Positions 7,333-15,706 are shown, numbered from the stretch's first letter. The stretch: DNA of 32,616 nt from Candidatus Limnocylindria bacterium (GCA_036397375.1 DASWJA010000100.1:1-32616); one strand, 5' to 3'. Numbers and translations are program-made. The notes: a model not told the origin generated them from the letters alone.

Positions 7333-7998
7333 TCAGCCGTGGACGCCCCTTTGGGCTGGGGGCAGCAGGGCCGCCACCTCACGCATGAGCCGGGTGGTGC
7401 CCTCGACCAGCTCAACGCGGTCGATGGGCCCGTCCGGACGGTGCGACAGCGAGAAGGGTTGACCGATCCGCACCGTGGCCCGCGGACGCGGGCCGAAGAC
7501 GGCCCGCCAGCTCAGCATGCCCTCGGTCCCGGTGATGGCCAGCGGCACGATGGGGGCGCCGCTCCGCATGGCCAGGAGGGCAGCCCCATTGCGGGCCGCG
7601 ATGAGCGCCCCGCTGAGGCTGCGGGTGCCCTCCGGGAAGATGAGAAGCGCGCGACCGGCCGCCAGCACGGCCAGCGCTTTGCGCTGCGCACCCAGGTCGC
7701 CCACCTGTCGGTTGACGTAGATGACGCCACCCTGCGTCCCCAGCCAGCCGATCAGCGGCCAGCCGCGGACCTCGACCTTGCTGACCATGTGCACGACCCG
7801 ACCGATGCGCCAGCACGTGGCGAACCCGGCGACCAGCGGATCGGCCAGGGTGTAGTGGTTGGCGACCAGGATGACCGCGCCCGAGCGCGGGAGGTTCTCG
7901 AGCCCCACGCTGCGAACCCCACCAAGGAGGCGGAGGAGGATGCCGATCAGGAAGCCGACCGGCCGATACAACCACAGCCGCGGAATCGTGGCGGTCAC
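7333..7998 (-). CDS. plsC: 1-acyl-sn-glycerol-3-phosphate acyltransferase
   Basis: Acyltransferase motifs NHYTLAD (HX4D) and FPEGTRS are present. The track ORF extends to 8043. I prefer GTG 7998, which overlaps the upstream TGA (7997..7995) as GTGA. Confidence 0.85.
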   Translation of the reverse strand: MTATIPRLWLYRPVGFLIGILLRLLGGVRSVGLENLPRSGAVILVANHYTLADPLVAGFATCWRIGRVVHMVSKVEVRGWPLIGWLGTQGGVIYVNRQVGDLGAQRKALAVLAAGRALLIFPEGTRSLSGALIAARNGAALLAMRSGAPIVPLAITGTEGMLSWRAVFGPRPRATVRIGQPFSLSHRPDGPIDRVELVEGTTRLMREVAALLPPAQRGVHG

Positions 7999-9443
7999 GG
8001 GGCGGCGCGCGGTCCCAGCGCGGCGATGATGGCGACCACGCACGCGTCGACATCCAGCTCCCCGGTGTCCAGGACCAGGGCACCCTCGGCCCGGCGGAGC
8101 GGGGCCACCGGGCGGGTCATGTCGGTGTGGTCGCGGTCCTCGATCTCGCGCCGATAGGCCGCCAGGCGGTCCGGGCGACCCATCTGCGCCGCGCGCCGTC
8201 GCGCCCGGGTGTCGGCCGACGCGGTCAGGAACACCTTCAGATCGGCATCCGGCAGCACGACGGTCCCGATATCGCGCCCCACCATCACCGTGTCTCGGCC
8301 GCGCGCCGCGTCACGCTGGACCTTCAGCATGGCCTGCCGGACCGCCGCATGCCGGCTGACGGCCGGAACGGCGCGCTCGATCCGCGGTTCGCGCAGGTGC
8401 GCGGTGACGTCGCGGCCGTCCAGGGTCACCCGTTCGCTCGGTTCCGTCAGGTTGTCGTCCGCGGGCTGCACGTGGATGTCTGCGGCGCGCGCGAGGCGCG
8501 CGACGGCGGCCCCGTCATCCGGATCGACCCCGGCCTCGAGCGCGGCCAGGGCCACGGCCCGATACAGGAGCCCGGTGTCCACGAAGCGCGCTCCGATCCG
8601 GTCGGCCAGCGCCCGACCGATGGTGCTCTTGCCCGATCCCGACGTTCCGTCCACGGCGACCTGCAGGCCCGCGGCCCGTCCTCGGCGCGGCCCGGGCTGT
8701 GCCGTCCCGCTCAGCGCCGCAACCTCCCCTGCGTTCAGCGGGCGCCAGGCACCGGGTGCCAGCCCGGCCAGGGTGACCGGTCCCATGGCGGTCCGGACCA
8801 GCCGATGAACCCGGTAGCCAGCCGCGGCGAACAGGCGCCGGACCTCTCGCTTACGACCCTCCCCCACCCGGACCATGAGCCACGGAGCGGCCGGCTCGGG
8901 CCCGATCTCGATGTGGCGCGGCCGCCTCGTCGGCGCCGCGCTCAGGAGCCTGGCTGGACCGTCCTCGAGCTCAAACCCGGTCAGCAGCCGCTCCAGGTCG
9001 TCCGGTGCCGGGATGCGGTCAAGCTGGACGGCGTACTCGCGCTGGATGCCGTACCGCGGATGGAGCACGCGCTGGGCCCAGGCCCCGTCGTTGGTCAGCA
9101 GCATGAGTCCCTCGGACTCGACGTCCAGGCGCCCGGCCGGCCACAGGCGCCCGGGTGGTCGAGGGTGGACCAGGTCGACCACGGCCGGTCGCCCTCGAGC
9201 GGCCGCGGCCGACGACACGACACCGCGCGGCTTATGGATGGCCAGGTGGACCGCGCCCGGAGCCTGCAGCGTCACCGGCCGTCCATCGAAGGTCACGCGG
9301 TCCCGAGAAACGTCCACCCGGGTGCCCGGAGTCGCCGGCGTCCCGTTGACGGTCACTCGCCCGTCGGCGATCCAACGGTCGGCGGCCCGCCGCGACCCGA
9401 GCCCGGCCCGGGCCAGCACCGTCTGCAGCCGCTCACCCGGCAT
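7995..9443 (-). CDS. rluB-cmk: fusion protein: RluB/RsuA-family 23S rRNA pseudouridine synthase (S4 plus catalytic domain) joined in frame to cytidylate kinase
   Basis: The N-terminal half carries ERLQTVLARAGLGSRR (S4), HKPRGVVSS, GRLDVESEGLMLLTNDG and REYAVQL. The C-terminal half carries VAVDGTSGSGKSTIGRALADRIGARFVDTGLLYRA and a Cmk-like remainder. No stop lies between them. ATG 9443 matches the usual RluB N-terminus; GTG 9461 is the alternative. Confidence 0.85.
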   Translation of the reverse strand: MPGERLQTVLARAGLGSRRAADRWIADGRVTVNGTPATPGTRVDVSRDRVTFDGRPVTLQAPGAVHLAIHKPRGVVSSAAAARGRPAVVDLVHPRPPGRLWPAGRLDVESEGLMLLTNDGAWAQRVLHPRYGIQREYAVQLDRIPAPDDLERLLTGFELEDGPARLLSAAPTRRPRHIEIGPEPAAPWLMVRVGEGRKREVRRLFAAAGYRVHRLVRTAMGPVTLAGLAPGAWRPLNAGEVAALSGTAQPGPRRGRAAGLQVAVDGTSGSGKSTIGRALADRIGARFVDTGLLYRAVALAALEAGVDPDDGAAVARLARAADIHVQPADDNLTEPSERVTLDGRDVTAHLREPRIERAVPAVSRHAAVRQAMLKVQRDAARGRDTVMVGRDIGTVVLPDADLKVFLTASADTRARRRAAQMGRPDRLAAYRREIEDRDHTDMTRPVAPLRRAEGALVLDTGELDVDACVVAIIAALGPRAAP

Positions 9444-9987
9444 GCCGCTCGGCGCCGTCACCGCCGGCGACCAGGACGGCCGCCTCGTCCGGGAGGGGCG
9501 GCAGCTGCTCGAGGCCCTCCAGGCCGAACCGCTCGAGGAAGGTGAAGGTCGTGCGGTACACGATCGGACGGCCCGGAGAGTCGCGCCGGCCGACCTCGGC
9601 GATCAGCCGCCGGTGGAGCAGCGAGCGGATGACCGACTCAGAGTCCACGCCGCGGATCCGCTCCACGTCGCCGCGGGTCACCGGTTGCTGATAGGCCACC
9701 ACGGCCAGGGCCTCGAGGGCGGCCGGGCTGAGGCGGCCCTCGGCCCGCTCGGCGTAGCGCCGAACCCGATCCGACACCTCCGGGGCCGTGGTCAGCTGCC
9801 ACGCCCCGTCGAGCCGCTGCAGGCGCAGCCCGCGCCCGGACAGGGCGTCGCCCAATGCCGTCAGCGCGTCCTCCGCCGCGCGCGGCGTGACCTCGGCCAG
9901 CTCCGCCAGCTCGCCGGTGGCCAGCGGACGGTCGGCCACGAACAGGATGGCCTCCAGGGCCGCCACCAGCCCGGCAGCGGTGCTCAT
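9433..9987 (-). CDS. scpB: segregation and condensation protein B
   Basis: The real protein starts at MSTAAGLVAALEAILFVADRPL (ATG 9987), forming an ATGA overlap with the scpA stop at 9984. The 119 Arg/Gly-rich codons upstream in the track ORF overlap scpA in another frame and are rejected. Confidence 0.9.
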   Translation of the reverse strand: MSTAAGLVAALEAILFVADRPLATGELAELAEVTPRAAEDALTALGDALSGRGLRLQRLDGAWQLTTAPEVSDRVRRYAERAEGRLSPAALEALAVVAYQQPVTRGDVERIRGVDSESVIRSLLHRRLIAEVGRRDSPGRPIVYRTTFTFLERFGLEGLEQLPPLPDEAAVLVAGGDGAERHAG

Positions 9988-10787
9988 CGGTTCACCTCCG
10001 GCAGGATTTCGAGCACGATCGGGCCGAAGAGCGCCTTCTGCCGAGCGCTGAGCTCGCGGCGACGGACGAGCTCGAGTACGGCCAGAACGGTGACGACCCG
10101 CTCGGTCCGGGACGTGCCGGCGGCCAGGACGGTTTGCAGGACGACCCGTCCGGCCTCGCCCAGTGCCGCGCGCAGCACGCCGATCTGCTGGCCGACGGTG
10201 ACTTCGCGCGGCACGACCTCCGGCGCGGGGGGCTCCGGCTCCGCGACGGCGGTCAGCCGGGCCACGGCGTCCGACAGCGCCACCGGGTCGAGCGGAGTCA
10301 GCGGCGCCTCGGGCAGGTCCGAGAAACGAGGCTCGCGATGCCACATCGGCGCCACCAGGTCCCGCGCGGCGAGGTCGCGAGCCGCGTCGCGGATGGCCCG
10401 GTACGCGATCAGCCGCCGGCGCAGATCCTCTTCGTCGATGTCCTCGACCCCAGCCGCCTCGAGGCCGAGCGGCTCGTCGGGAAGCAGGCTCCGCGACTTG
10501 ATGAGGATGAGCTGGGCGGCGGTGGAGACGAACTGGGCCAGGTTGGCGGCGTCCACCGGATGGGTGGCCACGAACGCGACGTACGCATCGGCCACCTTGG
10601 CCAGCGAGACGGACAGGATGTCCAGCTCGGCCGACTCGATGAGGTGCAGGAGGAGCGGCAGCGGTCCTTCGAACACGGGCAGCTCGACCTGGAATTCGGG
10701 CGGCGGTCCGACGGGCAGCCCGACCCGGGGATCGGCTGCGATCGGGATGGCCTGAGAGCGCTCTGAGGGGACCGCCTGGCGCGCCAT
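9984..10787 (-). CDS. scpA: segregation and condensation protein A
   Basis: Starts at MARQAV (ATG 10787). The ScpA signature FEGPLPLLLHLIESAELDILSVSLAKVADAY is present. The track N-terminal extension to 11171 overlaps the HD-domain gene in another frame. Confidence 0.9.
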   Translation of the reverse strand: MARQAVPSERSQAIPIAADPRVGLPVGPPPEFQVELPVFEGPLPLLLHLIESAELDILSVSLAKVADAYVAFVATHPVDAANLAQFVSTAAQLILIKSRSLLPDEPLGLEAAGVEDIDEEDLRRRLIAYRAIRDAARDLAARDLVAPMWHREPRFSDLPEAPLTPLDPVALSDAVARLTAVAEPEPPAPEVVPREVTVGQQIGVLRAALGEAGRVVLQTVLAAGTSRTERVVTVLAVLELVRRRELSARQKALFGPIVLEILPEVNR

Positions 10788-10791
10788 GTGC

Positions 10792-11286
10792 TCAGGATGC
10801 CGCGTCGGCGGCGCGCAATGCAGCCTCCAGCTGCGCGTCCGAGCCATCCGCGGTGCCCTGGATGAAGGCCGCGACTCGCGGACCGCAGCCGGCGTCGAGC
10901 GCGGCACGCGCCGACCGCTCGGCGTGGTGCAGGTGGAGGTCGAACGGGTACCGCCAGGAGCCTGGATCGGTCGATGCCAGGCGCTCCAGGCGCCTCGGCG
11001 CCATCGCCTCCAGGAGCACGACCACGACCCGGTGCCACAACCGCAGTCGGGCGCCCTTGGCGGCGTCATGGAGCAGGGCCGCGGCCAGGAGGTCGGCATC
11101 ATCCACGCCCGCCTGGTGCAGGCGCCGGACGACATCAAGGGCATGGCGCTGGTCGGCCACCGGCATGGCATCGAACAGCGGGGTCGCGGTCGCCGGGAGG
11201 AGGTCGTGTGCCGCGGCCCGTTCGGCGGGGGCGACCTGCGCCCGAAGATGGTTGCTGAACTGTCGGACGCGGTAGGCGGGGCGCAT
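10792..11286 (-). CDS. small HD-domain protein (putative metal-dependent phosphohydrolase)
   Basis: 164 aa from ATG 11286 (MRPAYRVRQF...). H...HD...H spacing is seen in DQRHALDV, LLHDAAK and LHHAERS. The upstream part of track ORF 10792..11841 overlaps the M50 gene in another frame. Confidence 0.65.
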   Translation of the reverse strand: MRPAYRVRQFSNHLRAQVAPAERAAAHDLLPATATPLFDAMPVADQRHALDVVRRLHQAGVDDADLLAAALLHDAAKGARLRLWHRVVVVLLEAMAPRRLERLASTDPGSWRYPFDLHLHHAERSARAALDAGCGPRVAAFIQGTADGSDAQLEAALRAADAAS

Positions 11287-11294
11287 CGGTCCGG

Positions 11295-11915
11295 TCAAAG
11301 CCCGCACAGGAGTGCCGCCCAGGGGTACGCCAGGCCGAGGACGCCACGGAGCGGGCTGTTGGGCAGGATCAGCAGGAGCAGAAGGAGCACGACGCCGTAG
11401 CCCTGGTAGCGACGGATGCTGTACTCCCAGCGCGGAGGAACGAGGGCCGCCAGGACGGCGAAGCCATCCAGGGGCGGGATGGGAATCAGGTTCAGGATGG
11501 CCAGCAGGAGGTTCACGACGGTCGCCACGTAAATCAGCTGCAGCACGGCGCCACCGGTACCGGTGAGGTCGAACGCCCGATAGGCCAGGGCCAAGATGAG
11601 GGCCACCATGACGTTGGCTACCGGGCCGGCGCCCGCCACGAATGCCATCCCAGTCCGTCCCGGGCGCAGAGCCGCGACGTTCACGGGGACCGGCTTCCCC
11701 CAGCCGATGCCGACCAGCACCAGCAGCGCGGTGCCCAACGGGTCGAGGTGGCGCAGCGGGTTGAGTGAGACCCGGCCCAGCGCCCGCGGTCGGTGGTCGC
11801 CGAGCTGGTCGGCCACCAGGGCGTGGCTGAACTCGTGGCACGTGATCCCCGCCAGCATGCCGAGCAGGATGCCAGCCAGGGCGGGCAGGCTGATGTTATC
11901 CCCGAGAAACAGCAC
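11295..11915 (-). CDS. site-2 protease family (peptidase M50) membrane metalloprotease
   Basis: 206 aa and multi-pass hydrophobic. HEFSH lies in the first helix region and NLIPIPPLDG further downstream. GTG start at 11915. Confidence 0.85.
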   Translation of the reverse strand: MLFLGDNISLPALAGILLGMLAGITCHEFSHALVADQLGDHRPRALGRVSLNPLRHLDPLGTALLVLVGIGWGKPVPVNVAALRPGRTGMAFVAGAGPVANVMVALILALAYRAFDLTGTGGAVLQLIYVATVVNLLLAILNLIPIPPLDGFAVLAALVPPRWEYSIRRYQGYGVVLLLLLLILPNSPLRGVLGLAYPWAALLCGL

Positions 11916-11917
11916 CC

Positions 11918-12781
11918 TCAGGCGATCTCCGGCAGCAGTTCGCCCAGCAGCTTCACCAGGCGGGCGGCGCCCACGTTCCCCATCTCGATGACTTCCTGGT
12001 GGGTGGCCCCGAACTCGACGTCGGGCGTCGCCTTGTTCGTGATCAGCGAGAAGGCGAGGACCCGGACGCCGGCGTGGCGGGCCACGATGACCTCCAGCAC
12101 GGTGGACATGCCCACCGCGTCCGCCCCCAGGCCACGCAGCATGCGCAGCTCGGCCCGGGTCTCGTAGTTCGGGCCGGCGAGCATGACGTACGCCCCCTCG
12201 TGGAGGTCGACGCGGGCGCGTTGGGCCGCCGCCCGGGCGCGGTCGGCAAGATCGGGGTCGTATGCGTCGGTGAGCGCCGGGAAGCGGGGTCCGAGCGCGT
12301 CGATGTTGGGGCCGAACAATGGGTTATCGCCCGACAGGTTGATGTGGTCGGTGACGAGCATCAGCTCGCCGGGCTCGAAGGCGGGGTTGAGCCCACCCGC
12401 CGCATTGGTCAGGACCACGGTCCGCAGGCCGACCTGGAACGCGGCGCGGAGCAGGATGGTCACCTCGCGATGGGTATAGCCCTCGTAGGCGTGGACTCGT
12501 CCCGACAGGACGAGCACCGGTCGGCCGCCGACCATCCCCGCCACCAGCTCGCCGGCGTGTCCCGTGACGCCCGACACGGGAACCTCAGGAATGTCGCCGT
12601 ACGAGATGTGGAGGCGGGGCGCAGCATCCAGCAGGTCGACCACGGCGCCCAGGCCCGAACCCAGGACCAGGCCCAGCTGCGGGGCGGCGAGTGCCGGCTC
12701 GGCCGCCAGCCGAGCCCGAATGGCAGCAGCGGCGGTCTCGATGCGCCGGCCGAGGTTCGGCGTGGCCGGGGGATCGGCCAC
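11918..12781 (-). CDS. punA: purine nucleoside phosphorylase (trimeric PunA type)
   Basis: 287 aa with GLVLGSGLG, SGRVHAYEGY and GADAVGMSTVLEVIVARHAG...SLITNKA motifs. Confidence 0.9.
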   Translation of the reverse strand: MADPPATPNLGRRIETAAAAIRARLAAEPALAAPQLGLVLGSGLGAVVDLLDAAPRLHISYGDIPEVPVSGVTGHAGELVAGMVGGRPVLVLSGRVHAYEGYTHREVTILLRAAFQVGLRTVVLTNAAGGLNPAFEPGELMLVTDHINLSGDNPLFGPNIDALGPRFPALTDAYDPDLADRARAAAQRARVDLHEGAYVMLAGPNYETRAELRMLRGLGADAVGMSTVLEVIVARHAGVRVLAFSLITNKATPDVEFGATHQEVIEMGNVGAARLVKLLGELLPEIA

Positions 12782-12782
12782 G

Positions 12783-13601
12783 CTAGATCCGCTCCAGGAG
12801 CTCGCGCTTCTTGGCGTCGTATTCCTCGGCCGTTATGAGGCCCCGGTCGCGGAGCGAGGCGAGCCGCTCGAGCGTGGCTGTCGCGTCCTGTGCCGGAGTG
12901 CCCGGGGCCGAGCTGGGCGCCGCGGGAGTCGCCGGGGTCGGCTCGGGTCCAGCGGGCGGGGTGGGAGATCGCGTTGCAGCCGCGCCGGTCCCCTCATCGA
13001 TCACCGTCACCCGATCGCTGCCCGCCCGCGGCGACATCGGCTCAGCCGGACGCATGGCCGGCGCCTGCTGGCGCTGGTAAGCAGGCGCCGCCAGGTCAGG
13101 TCGCTCGAGGAGCTCCTTCTGGTTCAGCATCGCGATCTTGAAGTCGACCGGATCCGCCAGCAGAGGGAAGTCCTCGATCCCACCCAGCTCGTCGGCGGCG
13201 GTCAGGATGTCCAGGTCGCCGAAGCCGAAGATCCGGCCGAACAGGTTCTGGGTCAGATGGGCGTCGTTGACCTTTTCCAGGCTGGAGTCGGACATCCGCT
13301 TGTTGAGGATTCCCTCGGCCCGGATGATGCGCCGGGTGGTGACCAGAAACTCGGTGTTTCGCCAGCCCCAGATCACCCAGCCGATGCGCGCAAGCGCGAC
13401 CAGGAGCAGGACGAGAGCCACGAGCTCGCCTGGGCCGTCCAGCGATGCTTCCGGGGGGTTGACCAGGAACAGGAGCACCGCGAGGGCCAGGATGGCCAGG
13501 ATGATGGCCCACCACGAGTGGCCCACGACCGCGAACCAGTGCTGGCCGCTCTCGAAGGTGATTTCCTCGCCTCGCGCCAGCAGCTTGCGGGCGTAACTCA
13601 T
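12783..13601 (-). CDS. membrane protein with a bacterial PH (YdbS/YdbT-like) domain and a C-terminal SHOCT domain
   Basis: The N-terminus MSYARKLLARGEEITFESGQHWF is followed by two TM helices and TEFLVTTRRII...GDLDI, a bPH_2-like pattern. A Pro/Ala-rich linker leads to LERLASLRDRGLITAEEYDAKKRELLERI, which matches the SHOCT consensus. Confidence 0.8.
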   Translation of the reverse strand: MSYARKLLARGEEITFESGQHWFAVVGHSWWAIILAILALAVLLFLVNPPEASLDGPGELVALVLLLVALARIGWVIWGWRNTEFLVTTRRIIRAEGILNKRMSDSSLEKVNDAHLTQNLFGRIFGFGDLDILTAADELGGIEDFPLLADPVDFKIAMLNQKELLERPDLAAPAYQRQQAPAMRPAEPMSPRAGSDRVTVIDEGTGAAATRSPTPPAGPEPTPATPAAPSSAPGTPAQDATATLERLASLRDRGLITAEEYDAKKRELLERI

Positions 13602-13614
13602 GGATCTGGGCTCC

Positions 13615-14511
13615 TCAGGCTCGCGGGTGCGCGCGGGCGTACACCTCCCGCAGGCGCTCGCCGGTCAGGTGGGTATAGAGCTGGGTGGTGCTGATGCTAG
13701 CATGGCCCAGCAGGGTCTGGACCACCCGCAGATCGGCGCCACCTTCCAGCAGATGGGTGGCAAAGCTGTGCCGGAACGTGTGTGGCGTGACGTCGGCGCC
13801 GATCCCCGCCACCCGGCCCCAACGCCGTACCAGGCGCCACACGGATTCCCGTCCCAAGCGCGCCCCGCGCTGCGACACGAAGACGGCGGCGATCGGTCGT
13901 TTGGCCGTCCAGTCCTGGCGCGGCCCCATGATGTACCGTTGCAACCGGTCCCGCGCCGGCTCCCCCATCGGGACGCGCCGCTCCCGATTGCCCTTCCCGA
14001 TGACCCGCACCTCGAGTCCCGGCAGGTTGAGGCGGTCGAGGTCCAGTCCGGTGAGCTCGCTGACCCGCAGTCCGCAGGCGTACAGCAGCTCGAGGATCGC
14101 CGCGTCGCGGATTCCGGGTGGATCGTCGCCCGGCGCGGCCAGGATGCGCTCGACTTCGTCCGGCGCAAGGACCTCGGGCAAGTAGCGGCCCGGGCGTGGG
14201 GGGTCGATGAGGTCGGCCAGGTTGCGCTCGATGATCCCCTCCCGCCGGGCGAAGCCATAGAAGCTGCGAATGGCGGCCACCTTGCGGGCCTGGGTCGTCG
14301 CGCGGCGGCCCTGGCGGCGCAGGCGGGCGACGAACTCGCCCACGGCTGACGGATCGTCCCGCCAAGCCGTCCCGGCGTTGGCGGCGAACTGGCCCAGGTC
14401 GCGTCGATAGGCGGCGATGGTCAGCGGGGACAGGCCGCGCTCGACGCGGATCTCGAGCAGGAACTCGTCGACGGCCGCCACCAGGCGCGGGTCGACCTGC
14501 GGCTGCGGCAT
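13615..14511 (-). CDS. xerD: site-specific tyrosine recombinase XerD/XerC family
   Basis: 298 aa. The N-terminal SAM-like domain reads LSPLTIAAYRRDL. The catalytic region is TPHTFRHSFATHLLEGGADLRVVQTLLGHASISTTQLYTHL. XerD is preferred over XerC only from neighbourhood synteny as I recall it from actinobacteria. Confidence 0.85.
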   Translation of the reverse strand: MPQPQVDPRLVAAVDEFLLEIRVERGLSPLTIAAYRRDLGQFAANAGTAWRDDPSAVGEFVARLRRQGRRATTQARKVAAIRSFYGFARREGIIERNLADLIDPPRPGRYLPEVLAPDEVERILAAPGDDPPGIRDAAILELLYACGLRVSELTGLDLDRLNLPGLEVRVIGKGNRERRVPMGEPARDRLQRYIMGPRQDWTAKRPIAAVFVSQRGARLGRESVWRLVRRWGRVAGIGADVTPHTFRHSFATHLLEGGADLRVVQTLLGHASISTTQLYTHLTGERLREVYARAHPRA

Positions 14512-14514
14512 GGG

Positions 14515-15366
14515 CTAATCCGGGAGCAGCGAGGCCTTGGTGCGGAGCAGGTCGTAGAACGGGGTGCTGCCCTCGGGTTCGACCAGGCGCAACGGGATGG
14601 GCAGGGCCCGGACCTCGACCGTCTCCCCGACTTCCAGGGGCACGTCGCGCTGCCCGTCGAACGAGACGACGGCCCCGCCGAACGCCTCGCGCAGGCTGAG
14701 ACGGATGAGGTGGTCCTCGCCGGCGACCACGCTGTGGATCGCCGACAGGTATGCGGCCACCGGGGTGATGACCAGGTTGCGGAGGCGCGGGTCGACCACG
14801 GCGCCGCCAGCCGAGTAGGAGTAGGCCGTGGACCCGGTGGGCGTGGCCACCACCACCCCGTCCGCGAGGTACGTGGCCAGATGGCTGCCACTGACCTCGA
14901 CCTCGACCTGGATGAGGCGGACCTGCGCGGCGCGCGCGACCGCCACTTCATTGAGGCAGGCTGCCGAGAGGCGGCCCCCGTCCCGACGCCCGATGGTTGC
15001 GCCCAGGCGCATCCGCTCGGCCAGCGTGTAGCGGCCGGCGGCGATGCCGTCCAGAGCGGTCTCCAGGTCGTCGGGCTCGACTTTGGCCAGAAAGCCCACC
15101 CTTCCCAGGTTGACGCCGAGGGCCGGGACCTGTGAATCACCGATCGCGCGCGCCACCCGGAGGAACGTCCCGTCGCCACCGAGCACCGTCACCAGGTCGC
15201 TGCCCGCCAACTCGGCGGCGAGCCGCTCCTCGTCGTCGGCGACCGCGTCCCAGGCCGAAATGCCGTGTGCTGCGCACCACGCCCGGCCGCGCTCCAGCGC
15301 TCCGGCAGCTTGCGGGTTGTACCGGCTGACCGCGAAGCCGATGTGCTCCAGCCGGGCTTCGCTCAC
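14515..15366 (-). CDS. nadK: NAD kinase
   Basis: 283 aa with GGDGTFL and NEVAV motifs. GTG start at 15366. Confidence 0.93.
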   Translation of the reverse strand: MSEARLEHIGFAVSRYNPQAAGALERGRAWCAAHGISAWDAVADDEERLAAELAGSDLVTVLGGDGTFLRVARAIGDSQVPALGVNLGRVGFLAKVEPDDLETALDGIAAGRYTLAERMRLGATIGRRDGGRLSAACLNEVAVARAAQVRLIQVEVEVSGSHLATYLADGVVVATPTGSTAYSYSAGGAVVDPRLRNLVITPVAAYLSAIHSVVAGEDHLIRLSLREAFGGAVVSFDGQRDVPLEVGETVEVRALPIPLRLVEPEGSTPFYDLLRTKASLLPD

Positions 15367-15704
15367 GATGGGCGATCAGCCGCCAGGGAGGTGGCGATGT
15401 CCTCGACGCGCTGCCGGAGGGCGGCCAGCTCGGCGGCGAGGTCGGAAGCGGCCTCCGACTCGGTGAGCGCCGCATACGAGCGATCCAGGCCGGCGGCGAT
15501 GAGGGCCCGCATGAGCGCGGATGGGGAGACTCCCCGGGACCGTGCGACCGCGTCCACCCGCTCGATGAGGGCATCCGGCATCCGGATCGAGACGATCTGG
15601 CGCATCGTGTCCGACGGCAGATCGGGCGCCAAGACGATGGGATCCAGGTCGAAGCCGACGCTCAGCTGCTCGACCTTGGGCGCGCGCTCGGCGGTCCTGG
15701 CCAC
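15363..15704 (-). CDS. ribbon-helix-helix (CopG/Arc-like) protein
   Basis: The core IVSIRMPDALIERVDAVARSRGVSPSALMRALIAAGL has a beta-helix-helix pattern, followed by an acidic/Ala helical tail. The stop overlaps the nadK GTG as GTGA. I prefer GTG 15704, 2 nt after the tlyA stop, because 31 of the 33 codons up to ATG 15605 end in G or C. ATG 15605 (80 aa) is the alternative. Confidence 0.65.
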   Translation of the reverse strand: MARTAERAPKVEQLSVGFDLDPIVLAPDLPSDTMRQIVSIRMPDALIERVDAVARSRGVSPSALMRALIAAGLDRSYAALTESEAASDLAAELAALRQRVEDIATSLAADRPS

Positions 15705-15706
15705 GG

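Noticed and set aside
9988-10344. N-terminal extensions of track ORFs for scpB (to 10344), scpA (to 11171), the HD protein (to 11841), xseB (to 19610), the M24 peptidase (to 22174), mnmA (to 28075), aspS (to 31543) and the RHH gene (to 16271)
   Set aside because: Each extension overlaps the well-supported upstream gene in a different frame and is Arg/Gly/Pro-rich. In each case a start codon exists at or within a few nt of the upstream stop that reproduces the family-typical N-terminus.
8875-10755. 626-aa plus-strand ORF, plus the neighbouring 472-aa ORF 8127..9545
   Set aside because: Both are antisense to rluB-cmk, scpB and scpA, have Ser/Arg/Ala-rich low-complexity translations, and are shadow ORFs.
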